From Bdellovibrio sp. (GTDB lineage: Bacteria; Bdellovibrionota; Bdellovibrionia; Bdellovibrionales; Bdellovibrionaceae), in assembly GCA_036677065.1 (NCBI GenBank), contig JAKFBS010000001.1:64001-128000 (forward strand): 64,000 nucleotides of DNA. The letters are read 5' to 3'. Shown here piece by piece: positions 40,101 to 51,879 of the stretch. Below the pieces are notes generated by a model that made no database searches, was not told the DNA's origin, and was given only the letters and a program-made list of their open reading frames with translations. How positions within the stretch are numbered: position 1 is the stretch's first letter; every line of letters starts with the position of its first letter. Position numbers and translations under genes: made by a program.

Positions 40101-40783
40101 GTTATTTATTAATGCCCAAAGACAAACGCATCGAAAAACATGCGCAAGAGCGGCTTAAAATTATTCAAGATAACTCGGCATTAGGTTCAGGAATTAAAAT
40201 TGCGCAGTACGATTTAGAATTGCGCGGCGCTGGTAATATTTTAGGTGATGACCAGTCTGGACATGTGAATTCAGTTGGTTATGAAATGTATATGGATCTG
40301 TTAAACGAAGCCCTTGCCGAAGCAAAAGGTGAAAACACACCTGATGCTGAACTGGATCCAGAAATTAATTTACGTATTCCTGCGCTTATTCCGGATAACT
40401 ACATTAAAGATATTCGCATTAGACTTAGTTATTACAAAGCTTTAGCAGATATTAAATCTCAAGAAGACTTAGACCAAATCGAAGCCGAATTAAAAGATCA
40501 ATTTGGCGAACTACCTGAGCCCGTGGTTAATTTAATGGGCTTAATGTTAATTCGTCGCCAATGTAAAAACTTAGGCGTACGCGATATCAGCGGCGGGCTA
40601 AAAACTGTGTCTCTGGTATTCACCGAGCAAACCAAATTAAAACCGCAAACAGCGATCCAATTGGCCATGCGTGAAAACAAAAAATATTCAATCACGCCAG
40701 ATCAGCGTTTAAATGTGCGCATGAACACCATTACTTGGTCTGCCGTTTATGAAGAGCTTCAGTATTTATTAAGTTTAGTTTGA
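37136..40783 (+). CDS. mfd: Transcription-repair coupling factor
   Basis: UvrB-like RGGIVDIF, CarD-like VVHVKHGVG, GDVGFGKT, DEEQKFG, QLRGRVGR, TRCF C-terminus. True start may be ATG 37193 or GTG 37250. Confidence 0.96.
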   Translation: MKKLRFGLPNYCFANGFSWMTKEYFFGNIQKVFRKTNEVNSQYQLRLEEIILRAANKKKELFNIVGTQSSAAISFLLSQHFSIHFNGLPTLVVVSSLDDAELFAKQMSFFSNEYRCHILKHFDVQPYSGLYPSPSASWDRSKFLYWANQPNAEKNNIFIAPISALQQKSAPFSQFNKRCRAIKSGDELPTNLAEYFHDLGYQPAPVVEDRGQYSIRGGIVDIFSVAEEKPIRLELFGDQVETLRYFSHISQLSEDVTKILNLAPVFEYELDDDNLESVVKKFRKQLEGRPVAHAERDELLRELTQKTLFPGAEYLLPYSYDSLVSPLEHFSSGLNVIMLDPVEVARKADEFYQEVVADYRTAETTLFKPEIEELYFSFDKVVYPEGSQTIQFSNLAFLTDESFTEERIEYKSSPLTEFTQLAHNKTPGSTEWISVAAPKLQLWRKDKFKIFISYKNQTQLDRLKNLLDRLEVGFEVAPSSGSASYDWDKWLSYLDQANQPAVLIPRDLGETVLLHEEQIIFLRADDFFGRKQRAAAQSSYEEFSKNAKRLSFGDLKPNDLVVHVKHGVGIYEGLKLMNVGGIDSEFIQVAYKDKDKLYLPVYRVGQLQKFSGASQTTILDKLGGTGWEKTTSKVKKHLRDIAAELLQLYAKRAEITRFPLMLDEVAYGQFERAFPYDETVDQLRAINEIQKDFHSDHPMDRLVCGDVGFGKTEVSMRAAFQAVSNKKQVAVLAPTTVLTFQHLETFKKRFAGFNYEIRSLNRFVSTADQKKTLAELKDGKVDILIGTHRLFSKDVVYKDLGLLIIDEEQKFGVLHKEKIKKFKTTVDTLTLSATPIPRTLNMSFTGVRDLSIINTPPVDRLPTRTFVSKFDTELIRKGITAEIARGGQVYFIHNRVQSIYGIADELRQILPDARMKVAHGQMAEEDLESAMLAFFNHEIDVLICTSIVESGMDVPRANTMFIDQAHMFGLSQLYQLRGRVGRSKARAYCYLLMPKDKRIEKHAQERLKIIQDNSALGSGIKIAQYDLELRGAGNILGDDQSGHVNSVGYEMYMDLLNEALAEAKGENTPDAELDPEINLRIPALIPDNYIKDIRIRLSYYKALADIKSQEDLDQIEAELKDQFGELPEPVVNLMGLMLIRRQCKNLGVRDISGGLKTVSLVFTEQTKLKPQTAIQLAMRENKKYSITPDQRLNVRMNTITWSAVYEELQYLLSLV

Positions 40784-41548
40784 TTTTAAAGTCTGAATAA
40801 CATCATGACTTGAAGAAAAATTTAATCTAACGGCCTGGCCTTCGCTGCCAATTTTACCTATTAATTTACTATTTCGATAAATTTCATAATTAAATTTACG
40901 ATCTAGCGCTTGTAACATCGACTCAACACATGGAAGAGTGTCTTGATTAAAATAATCTGTTTTTAAATACTTGATAAAGGCATCGTCTGATAATTTTTCA
41001 GAAATTTGCGAAAGTGTTAGCTGAAAACCTAATTGCCCTTCGTAAATTGCATCCATCGGATAATGCACATTTAAGACACCTTTGGTTTCAGAAAGTGCAA
41101 TCACCGCGCGTGCCGTTTGACAGGCACAAATAGTGAAATTTCCTCCCGCAATTACGACATCGTTTCCACGCATCACTATGCGGTGTGAATCTCCCTGAAA
41201 GGGATAGAGATTGTCTGCCGTCACACCTTTGGGAAAATAATTAGCTGTTAATTTTTGGCTGCGATCTTGTAAATCCGCCATATAGAGATATGGCAGATTT
41301 TTACTGGCAAAATACTGCACTAACTTTTCGGTACCACTCCAGGTCTGGTGCTGATTATCCCAGTAGTGTGAATTATGCGTGACTAGCAGCAGCTGTGACT
41401 GCTCAAACACTCTAGATGGATATGAAAAGCTATCCATAACTTCGACTTTAAAACTACGACCACCAGAATTAAATATCTGTTCAACTACCTCGCCAGCAGA
41501 TGATATTTGCACAAACATAAAAGTAATCAATAAAGCCAATGTTTTCAC
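40775..41548 (-). CDS. Secreted hypothetical protein, possible isochorismatase-like cysteine hydrolase fold
   Basis: Signal peptide; VVIAGGNFTICACQTA...VHYPMDA resembles the cysteine-hydrolase Cys motif. Confidence 0.55.
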   Translation of the reverse strand: MKTLALLITFMFVQISSAGEVVEQIFNSGGRSFKVEVMDSFSYPSRVFEQSQLLLVTHNSHYWDNQHQTWSGTEKLVQYFASKNLPYLYMADLQDRSQKLTANYFPKGVTADNLYPFQGDSHRIVMRGNDVVIAGGNFTICACQTARAVIALSETKGVLNVHYPMDAIYEGQLGFQLTLSQISEKLSDDAFIKYLKTDYFNQDTLPCVESMLQALDRKFNYEIYRNSKLIGKIGSEGQAVRLNFSSSHDVIQTLKSN

Positions 41549-41620
41549 AGAGAACCTTTATAACATGTTTTTTATGACCCTGAGGGATTACTTGAGTTGC
41601 TAAGTCTGGCTATGAAATAA

Positions 41621-42409
41621 TTACTGCTCTGGATATACAATCTGTATATCGGCTATACGATCTTTTTTGCTTTTTCTAACACGCGCCTTGCGCCCGGCCT
41701 TAACTATTAACGGTTTCTCGCCTGAGTCGTCATCAAGAGCTGCGATTTTCTTACTACTCGATTTCTTGGTTGCAACTTTTCGAGCACTGCTTTTTTTAAG
41801 CTTCACTAGACGAATTTTTACCTGTCCTTTTTGTACAGAGACGCTTTCGTCAGCCTCTGCCGGTTCGCCATTTAGCTCGGCAAGCGCCTGATTTAAATCT
41901 ACTGAATATTTAGTGCCTATTGGAGTTATCTCGATCGAACTCGTTGCGACCTCAAAATTTTCTTCACTTGCTTTGCATTCTGTTTCGCGGGCTTGATGGT
42001 TAGACGAAAAAATCGCTTTGCCACTTTGAAGTTCAAAACTTAAGTGACAGATTTTTTCATCGAGAGATTTGTTATATCGTATGATTTTAATTGCTGTTTT
42101 TGGTAAAAGCTCAATCATTTGGCCCGTAGAAGGAATATAAACTTTAGCTTTGTCTGTTTTTGCTGTAATCGTCATGCCCGGAGTTAAAACCATGTTGTCA
42201 TCAATTTTAACATCTTCACCTTTTTCGTTTTTCACAAGCAAAGAAGATGCGCCGCTGAGCAAAGGTTTGGGCAAATACACTGTTGCCGGCGTTTCAATTT
42301 GTTGAGCTATTTGCAATAGATTTTGCACAGACGAATTGCCCTGCATACCACACGCTATCGCCTCGTTCGTAGAGGCTAATAAATAAATGACCACGAGCAA
42401 TAGTCGCAT
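41621..42409 (-). CDS. Exported FecR-like beta-domain protein with basic C-terminal tail
   Basis: N-terminal hydrophobic leader ending AIAC; IELLPKTAIKI..FELQSGK..EITPIGTKYSV..VSVQKGQV pattern of FecR-like domains. Confidence 0.6.
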   Translation of the reverse strand: MRLLLVVIYLLASTNEAIACGMQGNSSVQNLLQIAQQIETPATVYLPKPLLSGASSLLVKNEKGEDVKIDDNMVLTPGMTITAKTDKAKVYIPSTGQMIELLPKTAIKIIRYNKSLDEKICHLSFELQSGKAIFSSNHQARETECKASEENFEVATSSIEITPIGTKYSVDLNQALAELNGEPAEADESVSVQKGQVKIRLVKLKKSSARKVATKKSSSKKIAALDDDSGEKPLIVKAGRKARVRKSKKDRIADIQIVYPEQ

Positions 42410-42420
42410 TAAAACCCTTA

Positions 42421-43203
42421 TTAGAACTCGAGCTTAAGTCCCATTCCAAGGCCAGAACTAGAAAGATTAGCTTCGCCATCATCAGAGCCTAAAGCTCCGA
42501 CAATTGGATCAGGCTCTGCATAAGCTGAATAACCTGAATAAAATATATCTAAATATGTGTTTTCTAAACCCGAAGAGCGCAACCCTTCTGTGGTCGTAGT
42601 TGGATCAATCCAATTTTCAATCCAGTTTAATTGCAACAACACGCCAAACTTATAGTGCGCATTTGGTTTGGCAATTAAGGTTTCAATCACATTGTCGCTG
42701 CCGGTAAAACTGTTTTCTTCCCACTCAAGTTGGTGAATTCCGCCTTGCGCGTAAGGAACAATCCATGGCTCTGAGGTTAAGTTATCTAAAGCAAAATTCA
42801 AATCAAGCTTTGTGATTCTAACGCTCGCGCCGTCCAGATTTTGCGCCTCATTGGCAAAACTACCTGCACCATAACCAAATAGCGCAGAGACTGAACCTAA
42901 AGCAAAATTATATTTAACGCCAATTTCTGCACCGATAACCGGAATCGATTCACCCTCAGAAATTTCTTCATAAGATTTATTTTGAATAACTGAAATGTGT
43001 TCTTCAGGAAAGTAGCGTTCATAATTAATTGAAAAGAGCGCACCAAAATCTTTACGGCGTTCTTTGTATGACGTTGATAAATCTTGGATGCTTTCAACGG
43101 TAATTTCATCGCCACGCAATGGGTCTGAATAATCTTGTGCGTTGGCATAGGCGCCAAAAATTGTAACTCCAAAAAAAAGAACAGCTCTTCTTAGATAACT
43201 CAT
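42421..43203 (-). CDS. Outer-membrane beta-barrel protein
   Basis: Signal peptide (ANA), IVPYAQGG strand, C-terminal GLGMGLKLEF. Confidence 0.7.
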   Translation of the reverse strand: MSYLRRAVLFFGVTIFGAYANAQDYSDPLRGDEITVESIQDLSTSYKERRKDFGALFSINYERYFPEEHISVIQNKSYEEISEGESIPVIGAEIGVKYNFALGSVSALFGYGAGSFANEAQNLDGASVRITKLDLNFALDNLTSEPWIVPYAQGGIHQLEWEENSFTGSDNVIETLIAKPNAHYKFGVLLQLNWIENWIDPTTTTEGLRSSGLENTYLDIFYSGYSAYAEPDPIVGALGSDDGEANLSSSGLGMGLKLEF

Positions 43204-43391
43204 ACCTCTTCATTTTAGCTCTATTTGCTTATCGCTGTTTACAGTTTTGTGAATTAAGCTTGAATAGCCCTTATAATAGAGACCAAGGTTTTAAGACCTA
43301 CGTCTGTCAAAGTTATGTACAGTCATTACCTTATTACCCTGACAAATCTTGCTTATTTCGCATTTAAAGAGCCTCACGCATAATCACGGAC

Positions 43392-44471
43392 ATGAAACAC
43401 CCCAATTCATCAAAATTAAAAATGATTTTTGCAGTTCTTTTATCTACGCAAGCTATCGCCTCAATTGCGATCGCTGCGTCGGACGATATCACGATCAGTG
43501 CTGTCGGCGATGTCATGATGGGAACAAGTTATCCCTACGACTCTATGTTGCCTGCAGACAATGGTTTGGGATTATTTGATCCCGCAAAACAATGGATTCA
43601 AGCAGCTGATGTTCGTTTTGCAAATTTAGAAGGAACTCTCTTTGATGGCGAACCTCAAGAAGACGGCAAAAAACCAGGTCCAAATCGTTATTTATTTCGT
43701 ACACCAACAATCATGGGTAAGCGCTTAGTTGATGCGGGTTTTAATGTAATATCTTTAGCAAATAATCACGTAAATGATTTTGGTAAAGCCGGTGCTGAAT
43801 CGACTAAATCAACTTTAGCTACGCTAGGTTTGCAATATTCATCTAAAGCCGGAGAAGTGGCTTTATTGTCAGCCAAGGGTCATAAAATTGCGTTGATCGC
43901 AACTGACTTCTACAAAGGCCGCAGAAGCATTAATAGCCCACTTGCCATCTATGAAGAGATTCGCAAATTAAAGACTGCAGGTTATATCGTTTTAGTTTCT
44001 TCACACGTGGGCGGCGAAGGCTCGACAGAAGTTTCTTTAACTGGAAATGAAATGTATCTTGGCGAAAATCGCGGTGATTCAGTGAAGTTCGCAAGAACAG
44101 CCATTGATGCTGGTGCTGATTCAATCATTATGCATGGGCCGCATGTTCCACGTGCGATTGAACTTTATAAAAAGAAATTAATTATTTACAGCTTAGGAAA
44201 TTTTTTAACTGGGCAAGGAATCAACGTGAGCGGAACTTCTGGCCAAGCCCCTCTGATTCGTTACCAAATCAACGCCAATGGTGAATTTGTTGGCGGGCAG
44301 ATTGTTTCGTTTATTCAAAAAAGAAATCCTCAACGTATTGAACTTGATAAGAAGGCCGGGGCTCTTAAAACCATCTATACGATGACCCAAGACCAGCTGA
44401 GTGGCGGTGGTATCGATTTCGAAAAAAACGGCGTCTTTCGCCCATCGGATGGCAACGCATATCTTCCGTAG
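43392..44471 (+). CDS. CapA/PgsA-family metallophosphatase-like protein
   Basis: AVGDVMMG, FANLEG, SLANNH..DFG, HGPHV and YSLGNF motifs; signal peptide. Confidence 0.88.
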   Translation: MKHPNSSKLKMIFAVLLSTQAIASIAIAASDDITISAVGDVMMGTSYPYDSMLPADNGLGLFDPAKQWIQAADVRFANLEGTLFDGEPQEDGKKPGPNRYLFRTPTIMGKRLVDAGFNVISLANNHVNDFGKAGAESTKSTLATLGLQYSSKAGEVALLSAKGHKIALIATDFYKGRRSINSPLAIYEEIRKLKTAGYIVLVSSHVGGEGSTEVSLTGNEMYLGENRGDSVKFARTAIDAGADSIIMHGPHVPRAIELYKKKLIIYSLGNFLTGQGINVSGTSGQAPLIRYQINANGEFVGGQIVSFIQKRNPQRIELDKKAGALKTIYTMTQDQLSGGGIDFEKNGVFRPSDGNAYLP

Positions 44472-44482
44472 TTGTTTCACAT

Positions 44483-44517
44483 AAAAAAAGACCAAGGATT
44501 TTCGCCCTTGGTCTTTT
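44483..44517. terminator. Bidirectional intrinsic terminator (CapA-family gene / atpC)
   Basis: AAAAGACCAAGG-loop-CCTTGGTCTTTT. Confidence 0.85.
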
Positions 44518-44539
44518 CAATTAGAAATTTAATTTCTTC

Positions 44540-44959
44540 TTAGTGGTGTCTGATGTTTTCGTTAACCAGATCAATACCCACCTGAGCTTTTTTAGCTTCG
44601 TTTAAAGTCTCTTCAAACTCAGCATCAGTTAACGATTCTTTTGTTAACTTAGCATTGGCTTCAGTAACTTTAGCTTTTGCAGCCTCTTCAGAGATCTCTT
44701 CTTTTAACTGAATTGATTCTGTAAGGATGTTTACGCCTTCAGGATTTACTTCGCAGTAACCAGAGCTGATAACGGCTTTAAAAACCGTACCAGTTTCTTT
44801 AACTTTGAATTTTAAAATCCCAGTGCCAAGGTTTGCAATCATCGGAACGTGCCCAGGTAAAATATCAACTTCACCTGAGATCGTCGGGATAACGGCTTCT
44901 GTGATCTCTTGATCAACAACAACCTTTTTTTCTGGAGTTAGTAAGTTTAGTTTAAACAT
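44540..44959 (-). CDS. atpC: ATP synthase F1 epsilon subunit
   Basis: LLTPEK and GEVDILPGHVP motifs; follows atpD. Confidence 0.95.
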   Translation of the reverse strand: MFKLNLLTPEKKVVVDQEITEAVIPTISGEVDILPGHVPMIANLGTGILKFKVKETGTVFKAVISSGYCEVNPEGVNILTESIQLKEEISEEAAKAKVTEANAKLTKESLTDAEFEETLNEAKKAQVGIDLVNENIRHH

Positions 44960-44962
44960 AAA

Positions 44963-47286
<2,324 letters not shown>

Positions 47287-47298
47287 CTTTGTCCCTGA

Positions 47299-48822
47299 CT
47301 ATTTAGTCGCTTGGAAAATAGCTTTGAATTCGTTAAGCGCGTTAACCATCTCTTTTTTATTATCATCAGAGATCGCTTTTTTAGCCACGATGTCTGTTAA
47401 TACTCCAGAGTATTTTTGCTTCATGAATTCAATCATTTCTTTTTCATAACGTTTAACATCAGTTTCAGGAATAGTATCAACATAACCATTTGAAGCTGCG
47501 AAAATCATTGCAGTTTGTTCTTCAACTTTTACTGGTTGGTATTGACCTTGTTTTAAAACTTCAACTAAACGACGACCACGAGCTAATTGGTTTTGCGAAG
47601 CTTTATCTAAGTCAGATGCGAAAGCTGCGAAAGCCTCTAACGCACGGAACTGAGCTAATTCTAATTTCATAGAACCGGCAACTTGCTTCATCGCTTTAAT
47701 CTGAGCGGCACCACCAACGCGCGATACTGATTTACCAACAGAAATTGCTGGACGGATACCTTTGTAGAATAAATCTGATTCTAAGAAGATCTGACCATCA
47801 GTGATCGAGATAACGTTTGTTGGGATGTACGCAGAGATATCGCCCGCTTGAGTTTCGATCATTGGTAATGCTGTTAATGAACCAGCACCAACTGCATCAG
47901 AAACTTTAGCTGCGCGCTCTAATAAACGGCTGTGTAAATAGAATACGTCGCCTGGGTAGGCTTCACGTCCTGGAGGACGACGTAATAATAATGACATTTG
48001 ACGGTAAGCTTGTGCTTGCTTAGTTAAATCATCATAAATGATTAATGCATGTTTACCAGAATCACGGAAGTATTCAGCCATTGCAGTACCAGTGTATGCA
48101 GATAAGTACTGCATAGGAGCTGGTTCAGAAGCTGAAGCTGTGATTACAGTAGTGTATTCCATCGCGCCAGCTTGACGTAATTTTTCAACAACTAATGATA
48201 CTGTAGATTGCTTTTGACCGATCGCTACGTAAAAGCAGTGAACGTTCTGACCTTTTTGATTGATAATAGTATCAATCGCAATAGTCGTTTTACCAGTTTG
48301 ACGGTCACCAATGATTAACTCACGTTGACCACGGCCAATTGGTACTAAGGCATCAATTGCTTTGATACCAGTTTGTAAAGGCTCATGAACCGATTTACGG
48401 TAAACGATGCCTGGAGCTTTTAATTCAACGATACGAGTCTCTTTAGCGTTTAAAGGACCTTTTCCATCTACTGGATTACCTAAAGCATCAACTACGCGGC
48501 CTAATAATTCAGGGCCTACAGGAACTGATACGATTTGTTTTGTACGTTTAACAGTATCGCCTTCTTTAATGTCGCGATCTTCCCCGAAGATAACCACACC
48601 CACTTGAGAAGCCTCAAGATTTAGGGCCATACCTTTTACGCCTGATGCGAATTCAACTAATTCACCGGCCATTACGTTTTCTAAACCATAAACGCGGGCA
48701 ACACCGTCACCTACAGAAAGCACGCTTCCTGCCTCAGCAACTTCTACAGTTTTATTATATTTAGAAATCTGTTCTTTTAGAATACGGCCAATTTCATCGG
48801 CTCTGATTTGGGTTTCCATCAA
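47299..48822 (-). CDS. atpA: ATP synthase F1 alpha subunit
   Basis: GDRQTGKT and [21 protein letters not shown]. Confidence 0.98.
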   Translation of the reverse strand: MMETQIRADEIGRILKEQISKYNKTVEVAEAGSVLSVGDGVARVYGLENVMAGELVEFASGVKGMALNLEASQVGVVIFGEDRDIKEGDTVKRTKQIVSVPVGPELLGRVVDALGNPVDGKGPLNAKETRIVELKAPGIVYRKSVHEPLQTGIKAIDALVPIGRGQRELIIGDRQTGKTTIAIDTIINQKGQNVHCFYVAIGQKQSTVSLVVEKLRQAGAMEYTTVITASASEPAPMQYLSAYTGTAMAEYFRDSGKHALIIYDDLTKQAQAYRQMSLLLRRPPGREAYPGDVFYLHSRLLERAAKVSDAVGAGSLTALPMIETQAGDISAYIPTNVISITDGQIFLESDLFYKGIRPAISVGKSVSRVGGAAQIKAMKQVAGSMKLELAQFRALEAFAAFASDLDKASQNQLARGRRLVEVLKQGQYQPVKVEEQTAMIFAASNGYVDTIPETDVKRYEKEMIEFMKQKYSGVLTDIVAKKAISDDNKKEMVNALNEFKAIFQATK

Positions 48823-49362
48823 TTATAGTCCTCTCTTAATTAAATCATCTTTTAAACTTTTTAAATGGGCTTGAGCTGAATCATCCATTGTCCAACCAGC
48901 TACTTCTACTTTGAAGCCTGCTACTAAACTTGGATTTTTTTCGAAAGTTAGTTCTACTTTTTTACCTAAAGCTTTTGAAGCCGTTGCCTCAGCTTGCTTT
49001 AAAAATTCAGCAGAAACTTCTTGAGCCGCAGATAATTTACCTTTTGTTATGCCAGCAGAAGCTTGCACTAAAAAGCTAAATTCTTTCGCGATATCTTTTA
49101 ATAAAGCAACGCGCTCGTTTTGTACTAATATAAGAATAAAGTTAAATGTTTCAGGAGTTACTTTTCCTTCAAGAGCCGCTTTTGCTACAGATAATTTATT
49201 GTCTGCTGTGTTGAACGGGCTTGTGAAAAACGCCACGACTTCGCCAGTGAAAATCTTAGTGATTTCGTTAAGCTGTTGACCAACTTCGCCGGCAGCACCT
49301 TTTTCGTAAGTGACGTCAAATAAAGACTTTGCGTATTTTTTTACTACGTTATTAGAACTCAT
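48823..49362 (-). CDS. atpH: ATP synthase F1 delta subunit
   Basis: KYAKSLF, NFILILVQNER, PSLVAGFKV..D.S motifs; position in the operon. Confidence 0.93.
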   Translation of the reverse strand: MSSNNVVKKYAKSLFDVTYEKGAAGEVGQQLNEITKIFTGEVVAFFTSPFNTADNKLSVAKAALEGKVTPETFNFILILVQNERVALLKDIAKEFSFLVQASAGITKGKLSAAQEVSAEFLKQAEATASKALGKKVELTFEKNPSLVAGFKVEVAGWTMDDSAQAHLKSLKDDLIKRGL

Positions 49363-49925
49363 GCTTTCACCTGTCCTAAATTTTGTAAAAACCCAGACTC
49401 AGATTTTTTTGTAACCGCATCAGCAGTGGCCTTAAGGCCTTGCTCTGTGATTGCCATAGATTGAGTGATGATTTTTTCACGAATTTGTGATTTTGCTTTT
49501 AACACTTCAGCATTGATAATTAGAGAGGTGTCTTCAACGATTTTTTTACCTTGCGCCTGAGAGTCAGTTACTAGCTTTTCTGCAGCCACCATTGCTTCTT
49601 TTTCGGCTTTAGCAATCGCTGTTGTTTCGCTTTTTTCAAGATCAGCAAGACGAGTTTTAATATCCTTTAATTCTGCTTCCGCTAATTTTAAAGCGGCTTC
49701 AGTTTTTTGTGCTTCTTCTAAGAACGCCGCCTGGCGCGCTGCGAATGCTGCGGGAATTGATTTTCTTAATAAGAAAATCAGCGCAGCAAGTAAAATACCT
49801 ATGTTGATTGCTTGATTGCGAATATCTGTCCAAGGAATATGGCTGTCGTCATGTGCGCCGCCGCCACTAGCCGCCAATGCAGATGCAGACAATAATAGTG
49901 TGATTGTAAATAATAGTGCTTTCAT
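49359..49925 (-). CDS. atpF: ATP synthase F0 subunit b
   Basis: Leader plus TM (QAINIGILLAALIFLL) followed by a long Ala-rich helix. Confidence 0.85.
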   Translation of the reverse strand: MKALLFTITLLLSASALAASGGGAHDDSHIPWTDIRNQAINIGILLAALIFLLRKSIPAAFAARQAAFLEEAQKTEAALKLAEAELKDIKTRLADLEKSETTAIAKAEKEAMVAAEKLVTDSQAQGKKIVEDTSLIINAEVLKAKSQIREKIITQSMAITEQGLKATADAVTKKSESGFLQNLGQVKA

Positions 49926-49927
49926 TC

Positions 49928-50365
49928 TTATAACCCTTGCTCAAATTTGCCAGTTAGGGTTTGAGCGATATCAGAAGAAATTTTAGCAATTTCGCCATCA
50001 GCGGCCTTCATCTGATCGTCGATATTTTTGCGAGCTTTTGTTGCCGCTTCATCCGCTTGAATTTTTGCTTGAGAAATAATGTCGGCTGATTTTTTTAATG
50101 CTTTATTTTTTTCAGCATCAAAAATATCGCGAATTTTATTATTCACTTCGCGGGCTTTAGTTTGATAAACCAATTGCAAATTTTTAGCTTCAGCTGCTGC
50201 ATCTTTTGCTACAGCGTCTGCGCCTTTAGTTTTTTGAAAGCGTTTATCGGCGGCTTTAAAATATGGGCCATAAACTACCGTCGTTAAAAACGTAATCGCT
50301 ACAATAAAAATAACGACTTGAATGTACGCGGTCGTATTAGCTCCTAATTGGAGGAGGATCTGCAT
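49928..50365 (-). CDS. ATP synthase F0 subunit b'
   Basis: N-terminal TM plus coiled coil; start moved to MQILLQLG (GGTGAG RBS). Confidence 0.82.
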   Translation of the reverse strand: MQILLQLGANTTAYIQVVIFIVAITFLTTVVYGPYFKAADKRFQKTKGADAVAKDAAAEAKNLQLVYQTKAREVNNKIRDIFDAEKNKALKKSADIISQAKIQADEAATKARKNIDDQMKAADGEIAKISSDIAQTLTGKFEQGL

Positions 50366-50502
50366 AACGATCTCACCAATTTTTGAGAAAATTTCCATAG
50401 GCATCCTTATGTTAGAAAACACCTTGGAATAGCATTGTATTTAATTTGAGGTCAACATTTAAGAGCCAAGTGGGTTTTTGCAAGGCAAGTTGAAAATTAA
50501 AT

Positions 50503-50535
50503 AGCTTCCGCTTTATTTTCAGACAGGCGGAAGCT
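50503..50535 (-). terminator. Putative terminator after parAB-bactofilin
   Basis: AGCTTCCGC...GCGGAAGCT inverted repeat followed by an AT-rich tract on the minus strand. Confidence 0.55.
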
Positions 50536-50545
50536 TTGGCAGATT

Positions 50546-50875
50546 TTATGTTTTCGGAATATATGAGGCGCCTTCGAAAACAACGCCTTCTTCGATTTTC
50601 AGACTGGGTGCCGTTACCGTGCCTCTAAAATGAGCTGGCGGCAACATGATCACTTTTACGTGTGCCGTAATATTGCCTTCAAAAGTGCCTTTTACGGTAA
50701 TGCTGCCAACTTCAACATCGGCCTTTACGAAGCCCGTTTCAGTGATTATTAATTCATCACGCGAAAAAATTTCTCCATTAAACTGGCCCGAAATTTTTGC
50801 TGTGCCACTGAAAGACATACGCCCCTCGATGGCGCAGCCTTCTTCAACAATAGCTGATATAGAGTGTTGATCCAT
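50546..50875 (-). CDS. Bactofilin (polymer-forming cytoskeletal protein)
   Basis: Beta-helical repeat pattern IEGRMSF..ISGQFNGEI..G.ITA..SLKIEEGVVFEG; start overlaps the parB stop. Confidence 0.9.
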   Translation of the reverse strand: MDQHSISAIVEEGCAIEGRMSFSGTAKISGQFNGEIFSRDELIITETGFVKADVEVGSITVKGTFEGNITAHVKVIMLPPAHFRGTVTAPSLKIEEGVVFEGASYIPKT

Positions 50876-51876
50876 TATTCAGTTAATCTTTCGTAGATAC
50901 TATTAAGTTGCTCATCCGAATAGAAGTGAATCGTTAACTCGCCCTTACCTTTTTTGTAAGAGATTGTTGTTTTTGTACCTAAGGCTTTTTGAACTTGCGC
51001 AGCCAATTGTTGCGCAAGTTTTTCTGGCATATCTAATTCTTTGATTTTTGCATCAGAAGATTCGTCTTTATGGCCGCCAGATTTTAAAAGTTGTTCTAAA
51101 GCACGAACCGAAAGGCCTTTTGCTTGAACGGCTTTTGCTAAGCGCATTTGCTCTGGTTTTCCGTCTACCGAAAGAATTACTTTGGCGTGTCCTACTGAAA
51201 TCATTTTATCAGCGATCATATTTTTGATTTCAAACGGCAATACCAATAGACGTAAGGCATTGGCTACAGAAGATCTTTCTTTTCCAACTTTTTCAGCCAC
51301 TTGTTGTTGAGACAGACTAAACTCTTCCATTAAACGCTGATAACTTTCAGCCTCATCAATAGGATCTAAATCTTCCCGCTGAATATTTTCAATTAAGGCC
51401 AGCTGAAGCGCTTCTTGATCGGTGAAGGTCTTAATTAATGCTGGAATCTCATGTAGGCCCGCGATTTGAGCCGCTCTCCAGCGACGTTCGCCGGCTACGA
51501 TTTCAAAACCGCCCGCTTGGCGCTTGCGAACTACGATTGGCTGTAGAATTCCGTTTTCTTTGATCGATTGAGCTAGTTCATTTAATTGTTCTTTTTCAAA
51601 CTTTTTACGCGGCTGATATTGGCCGGGAACAAGTTTATCTACGGCTATAGACCATATTCTTTTGTCTTCATCGATTTTTTGTTCAACAATTTTTTCTACG
51701 ATTTTCTCTACAACAACTTGTCTTGGCTCTTGGTTAACCACAGACTTTGGTTGAGTAGTCGCTCCGGCAGGACGCGCTTGTTGTTGTGATGTGGGCTGTT
51801 CTACGGCTCCGCCCAAAAGCGAACCCAAGCCGCGGCCTAAACGTTTTTTGTTTGAATTTTCTGTATTATTTTCCAT
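50875..51876 (-). CDS. parB: Chromosome partitioning CTPase ParB
   Basis: LGRGLGSLL, QPR, GERRWRA, ENIQREDL, HTH. Confidence 0.96.
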   Translation of the reverse strand: MENNTENSNKKRLGRGLGSLLGGAVEQPTSQQQARPAGATTQPKSVVNQEPRQVVVEKIVEKIVEQKIDEDKRIWSIAVDKLVPGQYQPRKKFEKEQLNELAQSIKENGILQPIVVRKRQAGGFEIVAGERRWRAAQIAGLHEIPALIKTFTDQEALQLALIENIQREDLDPIDEAESYQRLMEEFSLSQQQVAEKVGKERSSVANALRLLVLPFEIKNMIADKMISVGHAKVILSVDGKPEQMRLAKAVQAKGLSVRALEQLLKSGGHKDESSDAKIKELDMPEKLAQQLAAQVQKALGTKTTISYKKGKGELTIHFYSDEQLNSIYERLTE

Positions 51877-51879
51877 ATG

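Noticed and set aside
43392..44471. CapA-family gene as evidence of a poly-gamma-glutamate capsule
   Set aside because: No capB/capC nearby; stand-alone CapA-domain genes are common.
44473..44488. parS-like TGTTTCACATAAAAAA, plus half-site TGTTCCACGTG near 44144
   Set aside because: Central CG or the second arm is lost; the first overlaps a terminator A-tract and the second is coding.
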